From assembly GCA_053919585.1 (NCBI GenBank), contig CM132794.1: a DNA stretch of 64,000 bases, one strand, 5' to 3'. The position numbers and the translations under genes are program-made. The DNA comes from Euprymna scolopes. Lineage: Eukaryota. Below the pieces are notes generated by a model that was given only the letters and a program-made list of their open reading frames with translations, had not been told where the DNA came from and did not search any database. Shown one piece after another: positions 24,726 to 38,255 of the stretch (its first letter is position 1; each line of letters starts with the position of its first letter).

Positions 24726-24846
24726 TACTGTTTTAAAAATAATAAAAAAAATAAAATGAAATAATTTTTCTTTACGAACATATATAGAAAAAACACCATC
24801 TCAAAGGTTGAGACGCTAATCATAATATCGCTTAAGAACTCAACAA

Positions 24847-24905
<59 letters not shown>

Positions 24906-25096
24906 CTAGTGGCCCTGATAAGGAGGCTTGGCAATTAAAGCAAAGGATGGCTTCGTGGCTGGGTTTGAATCTCGGTACAGAAAGAAATACTGCGCCGATG
25001 ATAATCATAAAAAAAACTTGTGTCTTTAGGTAAAAATGAATAATTATTTTTTACTTATAATTATATATATAATATTATTGACATGAAAATGTAATA

Positions 25097-25322
25097 NNNN
25101 NNNNNNNNNNNNNNNNNNNNNNNNNNNNNNNNNNNNNNNNNNNNNNNNNNNNNNNNNNNNNNNNNNNNNNNNNNNNNNNNNNNNNNNNNNNNNNNNNNNN
25201 NNNNNNNNNNNNNNNNNNNNNNNNNNNNNTATTCCAAGAGTAATGTTTTTAGCAGGATGTATAATAAGATAACTTAAATTCTACTATATACTACATTTAT
25301 CTGATGATGACTGATATTCAGA

Positions 25323-25367
<45 letters not shown>

Positions 25368-25667
25368 GATTTTGCGCTTCTAAACATATACTGTCAAGAA
25401 TTGTAAATGCCAACTGATTTAAGGAATGAATTATAAGATAGTCAATATAAGGAACTAATGAATGTATACTTTGTCTTTCATTAAATTGCGCTATAATTAC
25501 ATTGAGNNNNNNNNNNNNNNNNNNNNNNNNNNNNNNNNNNNNNNNNNNNNNNNNNNNNNNNNNNNNNNNNNNNNNNNNNNNNNNNNNNNNNNNNNNNNNN
25601 NNNNNNNNNNNNNNNNNNNNNNNNNNNNNNNNNNNNNNNNNNNNNNNNNNNNNNNNNNNNNNNNNNN
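25097..25667. other. Assembly gaps at 25097-25229 and 25507-25667; others at 44013-44175, 46132-46266, 49469-49630 and 55434-55588
   Basis: Runs of N. Confidence 1.
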
Positions 25668-25882
25668 TGTGTATTTAAATTCACCTGCTATTTCGTTATT
25701 TCATAGATGGAATCTCCCGATCGTCGAATATAAGATGCAAACAAGTAAGAAAACAACCAAGTTGACAAATTTTCATAATTAAATAAATACAACATGGGTG
25801 AATTACGGATAAACGATGTCTTGGTTATTAAAATGCATGTCTAATAAGAGCACACTTTACATAAACTCTTAGACACATAAAT

Positions 25883-25950
<68 letters not shown>

Positions 25951-26099
25951 TTTTGATATTAGATTCATTATCATCCTGTCGGCTGAAAAGACGTGAGTCT
26001 CACGTTAATTGCTCGCTCATCTCATACGAAATATCCCAAAACAAGTATGTTATAACCGTTGTTTAACGTTTAGCATTAAAAAGTGCAGATCAATGGTGA

Positions 26100-27135
26100 G
26101 TGAAATGTTCCTGGAAAACGAAGTAGTGCTATTTCGTATTCTTGGATGGAGTAGCTAGTGAGCAATAGTTCTTTAAGGTCGCACTCGACTTTGGTTAGCT
26201 ACTTAAATTTTTATAACATATGTAAGCTAAATGACTTAAGTAAGCAAACTTTGATGAACTGATATTAAGTATTATGGCAGATTCCATAAATGCAAAGGTT
26301 CGACGGCATATATGAATCTCCGGGAAAATATCCTTTTTATACGATCTCAGTTGTATATTCAATACGCATGAAGCTTTCTGAATTTGTTAACTTGTCTATT
26401 CTCATCTTATTAATAACCCGGTAGATCAGATAACTTCAAATACCTTTATATCTCAGAAACTTCACTATAATGGAGACGATAAAATGATTGGTTTCGACGA
26501 GATGATCGAATTAGGCATGCTCCCAGCACTGCATCAACATGTAATACAACGCAAACAATAAGATATGACACTTAATCGGAAAGAATTGTTATGTTGCCCC
26601 CTAGCGGCACCTCGGTGATTGTTATAAGCATTGCGTTTCTTCAAAAGACAATCGTGTAGAATTCAACGAATAAACAGGGCACGTTTCCGTTTCTTCGTCA
26701 TGCGCCTGGCGCCAATCAGATAGAAAGGTTTAGGTTTTATCAGTGCTACGAACGCTTGTGACGACAGACATGGCACTTTGCATAGTAATTATTTTATATA
26801 GTTCAGAATAAACCAGTGGAAATTCCACGGCGGTATTTTTCCTATGTAATATATTTCTGCGAGCCATAGCGTGGATGCACCGTGTGAATAGAGATCCCGG
26901 GATAATATAGGAACCCCTTGTTTAAACTATAAAAGTATTTATCTGAGTAATGGGGTTAATGTGATAACCAAGTTATTACAATATATCTCTAATTATTAGA
27001 GTCTGTGACATATTTCAGTTTTATGGACACCTGGCGAAAACGGAAAACGCACGATATAATAATACCATATTTAGACATAGGAAATAGAGCCGTTGGATCC
27101 TAGCAAGAAGACCAAGATGCGTATATTTTAGATTC
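26100..27135 (+). pseudogene. Near full-length decayed GT92 (galt-1-like)-type gene, no evident introns
   Basis: Ordered remnants DSINAKV; KLHYNGDDKMIGFDEMIEL; RIVMLP; SSKDNRVE; WKFHGGIFPM*Y; RSR; NY/RVCDIF follow the recalled arthropod GT92 order AKV..PLHYN..LIEF..LLPW..SQKEIRTE..FQNAFFYLQW..RSK..HHYRVCEF. Confidence 0.55.
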
Positions 27136-27359
27136 CCGTGCGGCAAAAGAGCGACCTCAATATCAAAATGTAAAATGGATTACAAACTATCAGTATCAGA
27201 ATAAATAGACCTCTTCAGGCAACAATGCTTAATAATTCCGCTTTCAAAAATACAAGACAAATTTAAAAAAGGCAACTTGCTCTACTTCCGTATCGAGCAC
27301 TCTTGTATAAACATCGTTATACCTCACTGGTTAACCTAGTTTTGAAGAATAGCAACCTC

Positions 27360-27412
<53 letters not shown>

Positions 27413-27714
27413 GTCACAGTGTACACGAGCAGACACATGGAAAATCGTCCTTCAAATGAACTTTATATTTCTCTCAATATCGATATCTTTCATCTTCCGC
27501 CTTCATTCTTTACAAGGATTCATAAATCTAAAATGCATTTTAGCTTAACGATTAACTACAGAGAAGAAATATCGTAGCCTTCGTGTAACTTAATTCCATT
27601 GAATATTTTTACATAGCGTACTACATTAGTCTACTCACGTATTGGCCACAGTTGAATTGAATACTGAAAATCGATATATAATAGTTTATATCGCCTTATA
27701 TGATTTTACTGGAT

Positions 27715-27782
<68 letters not shown>

Positions 27783-27789
<7 letters not shown>

Positions 27790-28870
27790 GAGAAACACCC
27801 TACATTTTTGGCATCAATCTTTGAAGGTGGTTTAAACAACCAAATCTTGATATATTTAAATGTTTTTTTTATTTATTATTTATGTAATACGATATGCTTA
27901 AATGAAATAAATTTAAGAAACACTGCATCAAAAGTAATGCCTGCTTTTAAAAGATAAAAAGAGAAGGTAAAACCTTCTCAAAAAAGCACAAGTCTCGCCG
28001 AAAGATGAAAATGTCTGAAAGATCCCGTCGGAGTCTTAAGTGGATTGTTTGAGAAGATCGCAAGACAACGGATCCTAAAATCACTGCAGGGCTAAAATAT
28101 GTACATGACCTAGTTTCCACAAAATCTGTTCGTCAAATGTGCACAAATCTAAATTTTACGGAAATGTTGCAATTAGAAAACCTTTGCTCTCAAACACAAA
28201 TGTTTCAAAACGATTAGAGCGGTGTAAAATCCTCTAAAATTGCTCCTCTACGTAGTGGAAAAATGGGATTTTCTCGGAAAATATTCGTTCTCCTTATTTC
28301 CGACCACTGGCCGAGTCTACGTTTGGAGACAACTGAAAGAGGCATGGTGGGGATTCTCTGATGATTTGGGGTGCTATTTCTTGGAAATCCGCTGGGCGAA
28401 AGATTACTTTTCATGGCAGAATAACCAGTCGAGACTATTAAAGATTTTAGGTGACCAAGTTCATCCTTTAGTTCAAGAACTCTTTCCGGAGGGGAACGCC
28501 ATAATTCAAGATAATAATGCCCCAATTCATACAGATAGAATTATTAAAGATTGGCATGAAGAGAATTCCAATGAAGTTGAGCATCGAATTTTACAGCCAC
28601 AATCCCCAGATCTTAAGATTATTCAACATTTTTCATCGATTTTGAAGATAGAAGTAAGAAATCGATTTCCACTGCCATCCCCTCTCAAAGAATTGGAGGA
28701 TGTTTTAGCTGGAGAATGAGATAAAAATCATTTGAAATCAATTCACAATTTATATGAATCAACACCTCGGTTAGTTGAGACGGTAACTGCCGAAAAAGGG
28801 GGACTTACACCATATTAAAATAAATTTGGTGTATTTTTAAGGGCATTCTTTTATTTTGTCCAAACCCTGC
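27783..28870 (+). mobile_element. Tc1-like transposon relic
   Basis: ORF 28240-28719 has GRVYVWR, QDNNAPIH and PQSPDLKII; the right end ...ttgtccaaaccctg(c)ata is TIR-like. Confidence 0.85.
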
Positions 28871-28875
28871 ATATA

Positions 28876-29408
28876 CAAAAATTGTTCAAAACGTAATGGA
28901 TTCTATTTTTATTGTAAAATAAAAAAAACCCTTAAGGGGGAACAAATACTATAAAGCGGACTTCATTTTATACTCCAGGATTTTTTTTTATATAATCACC
29001 ACAATTCTCAATGCCCTTTTGCCAGCGATAGCATGATGGCAGTTCACGAGCGTTTGGAACGGGTATTCCCACTCATATCTCTGTCACAACTCTGAAATCG
29101 ACAGTCCCATATTGTAACTGTACTAACATCAATTACATTATTTATAAATGGTCAACATGCACTGTTGAATAATGATCGGTTTTATTTGTTTTCTGCTTTG
29201 AGAAATTCAATGGTACATATCTGCTTCTGACGAACGTATATGACACAGTCTGTTTTTTCTTAGACATTAAAACCGTCAATACCTGCAACAGTGAAGTGAG
29301 CATCTCAGATATTGAATGTTCAGTAATCATAATAATGTAATTTGCAATTCGCTCTGATTCATTCAGGTGAAATAAAAATAGGAGCCATTGCATTTGGAAC
29401 GCACCTTG
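28876..29408. mobile_element. Mariner-type MITE or deletion derivative
   Basis: Imperfect inverted ends of about 38 bp (gttcaaaacgtaatggattctatttttatt / aataaaaataggagccattgcatttggaac) next to TA-like dinucleotides. Confidence 0.55.
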
Positions 29409-29728
29409 CATACAAGAAAAATAACATTCTTACAATCGTATATTTATTCATTTTAGATAAATCTTCATATTCTTGACGGAGCGATTCGTCATTACTTAGA
29501 CGAATTAGAGTACATAATATACTCATCATTACTTGAACGAATTCGAATATAAAATACATTAAAATCTATTCTAGATAATAGATTAGATTTATTCTTTAAA
29601 GAGAAGTGGACAAAATGGCGTTTAAGAGTAAGAGAGAGAATATAGACAAGGAGAAACGGATTTTTAGTCAGAGAGAGAGAGAGAGAAAGAGAGAGAGTGA
29701 GAAAGCGCGTGTGTGTGTGAGAGAAAGA

Positions 29729-30074
29729 TTTTAGTTGGTTTGTTGGCTTTTGTTTTACGGCATATCAACCCTTTTTGGGTTATTTAATGCCGAATCCAAA
29801 GATGTAAGAAACATTTTTTTAATAGAATATATTCGTTTTCACGTCGCTTTCTATTTAATCCATAGTTGGGACCTTAACAGGTACTACCACTCCGGGTCAG
29901 AGTTGACCTGGGAGCAATGGTATTAAAGGGTTGCTCCACACTCCCCAAATCCCACAAGCTGGGGCCTCACCACTGAATATAGTTTCAGGTCATATCCAGG
30001 ACCCCCATTGAGGGACTTTTACCCTCTGCAGGGGGGGGGCAGTCGGCGTATTCTAATGCCCCACCGGCAGGGCC
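29729..30074 (-). mobile_element. SINE-like retroposon with a 12-bp TSD
   Basis: Direct repeat gtgagagaaaga at 29717-29728 and 30075-30086; GC-rich head ggccctgccggtggggcattagaatacgccgactgc; (aacc)-like tail; inserted in a GA microsatellite. Confidence 0.75.
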
Positions 30075-30914
30075 GTGAGAGAAAGAGAGAGAGATAAATA
30101 TAGACAAATATAAACACGGGGGAATTGTTTTCATTAATTTTAAAAACTATCCGGAATCAGTCTCTGATATTTAACTTTAATCCGAAGTATTTTTCTTCAT
30201 AATAAACAGAAAGCAGTAGTCTGAATATTCTAAATAATACAAATAACTAAAAAAAAAAAATAAGGGGAAAAAAACTGCAATTACAAATTTTATTCTGTTC
30301 GTTTTAATTATTCTGCAGATCGCTCTTTAGTTACAGAAGTTAAATCTAGTTGTTTCAATTAATTGAATTTAATAAATTGACGCCTTCATTAAATTGACTT
30401 GTAGCATCCTCAGCAATTTGCTACCTGGCTGACCGAGGATGAAACTGATAAAACACTATCTTGAAGTGATTAAGCATTTTTCAATCTGAGAAAAATAATT
30501 AGTACGATTCTAAAACCGAACAAATATAACATTAAAAACTAATAGAGTTGAAATGTAAAAAAAAAAGAATCCGGTTTTTATTTAAGTCAACCAATCAAAT
30601 TCTTTGTTTTGATTAGTAAAGTTTTACAATTAATCATAGAATCATAAGGTTTCGTTTCAGCTAATAATTATAAGAATCGTATTGCTTAGTTTAGTATTCT
30701 TAGGTCTCCCTTTATATACTTTAGAATTACAAGAACTAAAAACAATTATTTTAAAATTTTCATATTGAAATTTAGCGCAAAGTTATCTCTTATTTTCGTA
30801 TCATATTATTTTTTTTACAGAAGCTAACATTTTTTTCAATATTCACGGGTAACAATATAATAAAGTAGAATTAGGGTAACAAATTAATAAAAAAAAACGT
30901 GTAATAATTAGAGA

Positions 30915-31082
30915 TAGGACAACAGCATAATCTTTTCATTGTTTGGATATTCGAGTGTGTATCTGTTTATATCTTATATGCTGTTGTATAGAGTGGTGTG
31001 GTTCACAGTTGATTAACTGTGTCTAACTGTGTCGGATATATATACTCGAGAGTCAAAACAATGAAGAGAGAATGCTGGTGTC
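30915..31082. mobile_element. Small MITE of about 160 bp (copy 1 of 3)
   Basis: Inverted arms of about 45 bp (ttttcattgtttggatattcgag / ctcgagagtcaaaacaatgaa); homologs at 34149-34305 and 63105-63270. Confidence 0.65.
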
Positions 31083-31699
31083 ATATTTTAATAATTAGTA
31101 ATTAGCCACCCAATAAAATGCAACAAGGTCAGCTCTCACAGCACAAAATAGTTCGTTAACTGGGATAAACACTATAATGATCAAGGAAATAAGGGATCAT
31201 TTTACGAAACTACTCTCACTAAAATACTAAAATAATTCGTTTGTCGTTTTTTATTTTTTTCGTGGGGATTTTTCCTAAAAATTTTTTAAAAATACACTTT
31301 TTGTGGGACTTTTTTTAGGGGGTCGTTTTTATCCACAATTACGACGAATTATAAGTGTATTGTTTACCGTTATCGTATCAGATCGATGACTAATTACTAC
31401 GATAAACATTTTTTGTATTTGTAATTAAGACAAGTAAAATAGGATTGATAAGCATAAAACCACATTTATTATTATCTTTAAAACTGAAAAAAAAACTTAA
31501 GAACTTTCACAAAAATGTATTTTAATTATAATCTTCCAACAAATGTATTAGATTGAGAATAGTGTTATTACTGGATTTTTAATTTCGAATTCAAATGATG
31601 TATTTTTTTATGAGTTTTCATTATAATACCTTTCCTTGATATATACATTTAAAGGGTGTTTATCGCTATATCTAAACGTTTTAATTACAATCACTTAAA

Positions 31700-32645
31700 A
31701 AAAGTATGTGTTCTTTTCAGAATGTTGAATACAAGATAGAAAAAAAAGCAAATTCTGCTGCTGAAACGGCTCGGGATATCAACGAATCTATTGGGCCAGA
31801 AATTACATTTGAACTCACAACACATGGTGGTTTAAGAACTTTAGTTGAATCCAAGCCACACACAACTGTTCGGAAAATTGCTTCTGAATTATACGCAATA
31901 TTATCGATGATTTGCAATCACTTGCTGGAGATTAGAAAGACAAAAAACTTGATAACAGACTTAAGGACAACCCGAACCAACACCGTAATGAGGTGGCATC
32001 GTCCCTTCTTTTAGCTAACCAGAACGACCCGTTTCTCGGCCGGATTGTGACTTACGATGAAAAGTGTTCTTTTTGTTATTTATTTACGACAATCAACGAC
32101 GTGACCCAGTGGCATGACCCCGAAGAAGCTCCAAAAGAAGGTTATGCTTACTGTTTGATTGTCTGCAACCGGTCTGGTCCGTTAGTATTCTAAATGCAAG
32201 CGAAACCATTACAGCGGAGAAATACTGTCAACACATGAATGAAATGCACCAGAAACTTCGACAACACTCGGCATTATTCAAAGGAAAAAGCTCAATTCTC
32301 CTCCACGACCGCACGTTGATATATCAACCCTGCAGAAGTTGAACAAATTGGGCTACGAAACCCTGCCTCATGCGCCATACTCTCCCACCTCTCGCTTGCC
32401 AACTACCACTTTTTTAGTATCGCGACAACTTTCTATGTGAGAAATGCTTAAAAAACCTAAGCGACTTCATCTTCACCAGAACGCAAGATTTTACGTCACT
32501 GACATAAATACACTTGTTTCGCCTTTGCAAAAGTATGTGGATTCTGATGGTGATCATTTTGATCAACAACTTTTTTGTTTGAGCCGAGAGACGTCCATCT
32601 GAATTTAAAAATTAAAAATCGCACAATCTTTCTTGTCAACCTGAT
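31700..32645 (+). mobile_element. Mariner transposon relic
   Basis: AAETARDIN, FLGRIVTYDEK, LLHD and HAPYSP remnants; right TIR tttcttgtcaacctgata. Confidence 0.85.
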
Positions 32646-33099
32646 AAAAGCTACATACCTTATGTGCAAACTAAAAAGAACAACGCATTTTTAAAGCAAA
32701 GACGGGACATTTCAAAACAAAACTGAACACATAAGGTAAGGATATGGATGCTAATTTATAACGAAGAGACTTATGTGGACGTCATTTGACAAAAAGCTAA
32801 TTCTACTTTATCATATTTTAGTAAGTCACTTTAATTAATTACTGTATGAACTGTCAAAACTGTTTAATACATGAAGGTAAAGAAATATTATTTTATATAT
32901 CTGTATTATATAAAAGGAACTTTGTCTGAATGGCTGTGTGTTTGTGACTTCCTTCCCTACAGACTTGAAAACAGTTAAATTGCTTTTTATGAAATTTCAT
33001 ACGAACGTACTTTATGTACATACCAGTGTTCTTACATAAATTATATATCGGAATGTCGTCGATAAATATCGATACTAGACAAACAAAATAATTCGATGA

Positions 33100-33930
33100 A
33101 AGAAAGGACACTTGATTTTGACCAAAGTTTACACCTTACACAGCCTAACATCACATTTGGAATTGAGAAGTTTTATTATCACACAATACGAAATGCCCAA
33201 CATATAAAATCAACAGAAAGTTATTTGATATGACAGGGTGGCGTTCGGTATGAATGTGTCTGTTTAGAGCATAATTGTAATATTATACTTGACTATTTCA
33301 CTTTAAACATTAATTCAAGTCATTATATATAAACACTAATTTGCTAAAATCAACAGTAGGTTCTTTAAAGTGCTATGTATTGTGGACTAATTACCTGCTA
33401 GAAGATCATCTCATCATCGATGTTCCTAACTAACGAGTTTAAGACATACGAAGACGGGATTAGTACCATTAATAGGAGCGACCTTTTAAACACCGGAATT
33501 TATTTTCTACATAGTCAGTACTATGCTCAATGCACTTTTGCTAGCTATGAACAATGGCAGTGCATGGGCGTCTGGAGCGCACTTTGCCATACGAGAATTG
33601 TTCTAATCGCAAAGTTTCCTATGTTTTTAAACCAAAAAGATAAAGAGCTACGAAGACAGGAGCGTTACCCTTAGAACGAGTGACCTTTAGTGATCTAAAA
33701 TTTATTTTTCTACATACAACAATTCTCAATGCGATTTTGCGAGGGATTTAATGAGGGATCGATACTTCTTTTTGTCTCGCATCGTCAATATCTGCAACAC
33801 AGTAGAAATATTTAGGTCATTAATTCGTAAGTTAAGTCACCACATTAATAGAGTTTGCAAGCACCTCTCATGTGTTTGGGAGAAATACAAAAATAGGAGG
33901 AATCACTTATGGAACGCGCATCGTAGTCTG
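33100..33930 (+). pseudogene. Decayed GT92-like paralogue with an internal duplication
   Basis: TFGIEKFYYHTI (cf. LLGVSHFTLYNDTI), YLLEDHLII (cf. LIDLDEFIV), NTGIYFLH (cf. NAFFYLQ) and RS...CVWE (cf. RSK...FVWEF), in the expected order. Confidence 0.5.
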
Positions 33931-34148
33931 AGTCAAACAACGTATTTTAATAGAAAGAACAAACAAACAAAAAAACGTTAAAATAAAAAAAAATGAAATA
34001 TATTTCGTATGGTAAGCATTATTTTCGGCTGTATTAGAGTGTTGGAGTTCAATAGTTTTTTTTTGTAGTAATTGCTTTGCACATTTAAATATAGCATTTA
34101 TTACGTCTTTCATTCGAATTCTTTATATATTTGCTTTGATTATTACTA

Positions 34149-34305
34149 GGGCTATGACAACAGCATATTCTTTTCATTGTTCTGACTCTCGAATTTGTAT
34201 CCGTTGATAGAATGTTGTGATTCTCTATTGATTGACTATGTCTTATTGTGTCGGATATAAACGCGAGATTCAAAACAATGAAAAGAATATTCTCTTATCA
34301 GAGCC
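34149..34305. mobile_element. Small MITE (copy 2)
   Basis: gggctatgacaacagcatattcttttcattgttctgactctcg ... cgagattcaaaacaatgaaaagaatattctcttatcagagcc. Confidence 0.7.
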
Positions 34306-34522
34306 GTAGTTATTACACATGAAGACAAAGAAAGACTGACGCCATAAATAATAGTTCAGACTAGTAAAACAGGAATTCCATAATATAATTATGCGTAAAT
34401 ATGTCCAATAAGAGAAAGGAAGAATTATGGGGAAAAATCCGTGTATTCTTAGGAGAAACGCCTAATCTTCCTCTCTTCTCTATCTTCTTATCTTCTATTT
34501 TCTCTTGTCTTCTATTCTATCT

Positions 34523-34881
34523 TCTTCTTCTATCTATTCATCATCTATATAAATAAAATGAAGTCATTTTCCCCTCTGAGTTTGACCTTAATAGGATTAA
34601 AACTCAATACATTTCATGCAAATGTTATATGCACAAACTGCAGCACATTATCTAAGGTGTGCTTAAGGCCTATTACCTCTACACTTGCTCGATAATCGTA
34701 CATCTTCTTCTATCTATTCATCACATATATAAATAAAATGAAGTCATTTCCCCTCTGAGTTTCACCTTAATATGATTAAAACCCAAGACATTTTATGCAA
34801 ATGTAATATGCACAAACTGCAGCACATTATATGCGGTGTGCTTAAGGCCTATTATCTCTACACTTGCTCGATAATCGTACA
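34523..34881 (+). repeat. Tandem duplication of about 180 bp containing a Helitron-like 5' end
   Basis: Two near-identical units (34523-34702, 34703-34881); the first has a|tctatataaataaaatg. Confidence 0.9.
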
Positions 34882-36612
34882 TTCCTATATTTTTTCTGGT
34901 GAGAGTTCACTGCCAAACCTGTAAGAATCAATGGAAGTTGTAAAATCTTTTATCTCCATTTAATTCCTCCTCTCCCTGCTCCCCATTTACACCGCCGCTT
35001 CGTAATTCACGAGGAACTAATACAAACGCACACCTGTAAGAGGTTTTGCAGTTACATACAAAAACTGAAATGCTTCCTACTACGTAAACGCACTACGCAT
35101 AGTTATAAATTGCTTTTTTGCTATTTATTTCGAAACATTATATCACTAGGATTAAAAAAAGTTTCTCTCCTTTTCTTTTCCTTTGAGTAACATATAATAT
35201 ATATCATTTCCTTTACATTCCGTTCCGTTTCCTTTCGTTCGCTGCTTTCTTTTTCTGTTTATTTTTTTCCGATTACTGCTTTATATATTAATTTTCCGGT
35301 TAACGCATTACAAAATGTAAGCTGCCAATTTTACAATTACAGCGATTACGAACAAATCAATCTCGATTAGTAACACATCAATTTACGTGTGTTTTAACAT
35401 ATTTACGACTCATATCGAGAATTACTACATTTAAAAATGTAAACAATGCATTTATATATGCATGTATAAAAACCGACGTTACGGTTTACTACGTTTCGTA
35501 TGTTTTCGTTTCGTTTCTTTTCATGTTCCCATTTTTCAGATAGCATTGCGTTGGTAAACATCGTTACGATATAACTCATACCAACATGAATTACACTACT
35601 GACGCTATTTTTAGCACAAACAAGGTGTTTTCTTTTTGGTAATATTTACTGCATTAGATTATAAGTTGACTTTACTAATTAGCTTCGAACTATACAAAGA
35701 ATACTACGAGTTAACTCGAAATGGATTTTTACATTGCATTTACTTAACTTCAAAAATTAACTGAATTGGTAACCTCGCACTGAAAAATATTCTCATCACT
35801 TTCTTTCCCTTACGTGTACAAACATTTTCTTCCCTGTGGGTAAATTACGTTTGGTCCTTAATCTTCAAATTCCTATTTCAGTCACCTAAATTAATTAGTG
35901 TGAAAGGAGCTTAGGAATTTCAGCATAGAATGATATGCCGCCACACTATTATATTACGTCAAAACCATCGTTATCATTCCACAAGTCAACTTCGATAGAT
36001 TTCCGGGTATGCTGACACCGTTACGGGTTGTCTATTCCGAAAGCTATTCTTAACGGGGGGAGGTTTTGGGTGTCTATTCCGAGACCAGTTTAATTGGAAA
36101 TGTTTCGCTTTCATAAATGAGAACGGGAAAGTTTTACATGGAACATTTTTGGTTATTAAAAACAGCCAATCACGTGACATATTCATCAGGGTTTAATATG
36201 GGCGAGCGTCATTTGATAACCAAAACACACGCAAAACATTTATTGCATAAAAATTTATCAAATTATAATTGCGCACACATTTAGTGAAAAATTTGCGTAA
36301 AACAATTAGACTTTTAAAACAACAATTTCGTAATGAAAGCAACATCGGATTTTTATAAAATAATTTCTTTTTTTTTCTCGGAAAAATAAATATTACGAAA
36401 AGTTTTTTGGAAATGAAAGCAGCTATATAATTATAAAAAGAATCATTGAAAAGTTTTCGTAAAACATTTAAAAGTTTAATAAAACAATTTGGTAATGAAG
36501 GCAACATTGGATTTGTATAAAATAGTTTTCTTTTTATTCCAACAAATAAATAATTGAACACGTTATTTTGAATTAAAGCAACTTTTAAAGGTCAACAACA
36601 CATTATTTTAAA

Positions 36613-36660
36613 CTAGCAGGGATACCCGGCGTTGCTCGGATGTTTCGAGGTGTGTGCGGT
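36613..36660 (-). mobile_element. Helitron 3' terminus
   Basis: Minus strand: ccgagcaacgccgggtatccctgCTAG|T. Confidence 0.65.
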
Positions 36661-37442
36661 TTTGAGTAAATCAAAACAAAAGAATAAAGTACCAGAAGTG
36701 TCTTCCTGAGAATGTTCATAATGTTCCCATTGTTGACTTCTTTTTCTGGTTGCAACTGCTGTTGTATTACGACTAAGGGAAGTCTTTTTTGGTGGTATAT
36801 TTTATAAAAGATTGTATTGTGTAAAAAGTGAAAAATTGTTATATACTCAACTAATGAGCTCTATGGTCTTAATGTTTGACTTTTGATATTTGATTGCCTT
36901 TTCAACTGAAAAAGAAAAAACTGACAGAATTAAGTTTATGTTTTTATTGCCCCCCCTCTTCTACCGACGAAAGAAATAAATTCAACGTTTCCATTAATGA
37001 ACGAAATGTATGAGTCTACCACATTATGAATCGATGTAGATAATATATGAGGGGAGTAAAGTTTATGTAAATGCAAACATCGGACTGTATTTTGCAAACG
37101 AAATAAACCGGTAATGATGTATATTTATTTGTTATTTATTCCGGACAAAAATGGAAATAATCATAGTTCTTGTAGTGTTACATTTTTGTTGAAAAAAAAA
37201 ACATTGCTGTGGATGTTTCAAATACCCCGGTTTTGGGGAAGTTATAATCGCCCCCCCCCCCCGGCAAACAGAAGGACCCAAATATGTAAACTGTGCAAAA
37301 TTGGGCGGGCAAAAATGAGGGACTTAGTTGTGCAAGTCGATTTATCCTAAATTTTTTGTAGGTGTCCTATGAGTTTTCTATTGTATTCGAAAGAGTAAGG
37401 AGTAAACTTAATGTGCCAAAGGGGGAAAATGTATTTGTACAC

Positions 37443-37558
37443 GTGAAAAATAAAGTTTTCTGGGTCTATTTCCGAGTTAATTAGTAAAGTGAAGTATTTA
37501 TACAGGTGAAAAATAAAGTTTTCTGTGTCTATTTCCGAGTTAATTAGTAAAGTGAAGT
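37443..37558. repeat. 63-bp tandem duplication
   Basis: gtgaaaaataaagttttctg.gtctatttccgagttaattagtaaagtgaagt occurs twice. Confidence 0.9.
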
Positions 37559-38255
37559 GCTAAGACATTGTAAAAAAAAAACACCTTGTTAGTACAAAAC
37601 ATGAATTAATTAGAGTCAAACCGAATGATATTGGCGTTCGCAAAAAACAACAAAGTAAAATTCCGTACATGACGCAATGGAAAATGTGTGTTAAAATCAT
37701 TGGTAGATGTCCCCCCCCCAAAAAAAGCAAGTAAATAAAGAACGAAATAAAAAGTGGAGAAAGAGAGGTTCTACTGCAAACCGGAAAGAATAAAAATGCA
37801 ACAATATTTAATAACCCCAAGAATCGTACGCTGAAAAATGTAAGTATGTGTATTTCATGTTAGTATTAAAATTTATAGTTTTTATTTATGTAGTTTGGTA
37901 GGGTAAAATAATTACCCATATATAGTTTTTGTATTATCTCCTGGTGTTATTGTTATTATTATTATTAATTTTTTTTTTCTTAAGTAATTGTGTATTTGTT
38001 TTGGTTTATTGGTTGTTGTTGTTGTTGTTGTTGTTTTATTATTTTGGTATATTTTATTTTGTGTAAGCGATCCGTTGCAGACGATGTGTTATTGAAGTAA
38101 ACCTGTTTGTCTGCATTGTGGTCGTAGTCGGTTTCTTCCCATTCGAATGTCAAATTTTGGGTTAATAAAATAAAATTACAACGGAGCGAAATTTAAGTTT
38201 CCCTTCCATTTTTACAACAACCGAATAAATAAGGGGGATTGATTTACTAGGATTT

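Noticed and set aside
34523-37558. CRISPR-like or prokaryotic/viral system suggested by tandem repeats
   Set aside because: Simple two-unit duplications without spacers; no prokaryotic or viral genes seen anywhere in the window.
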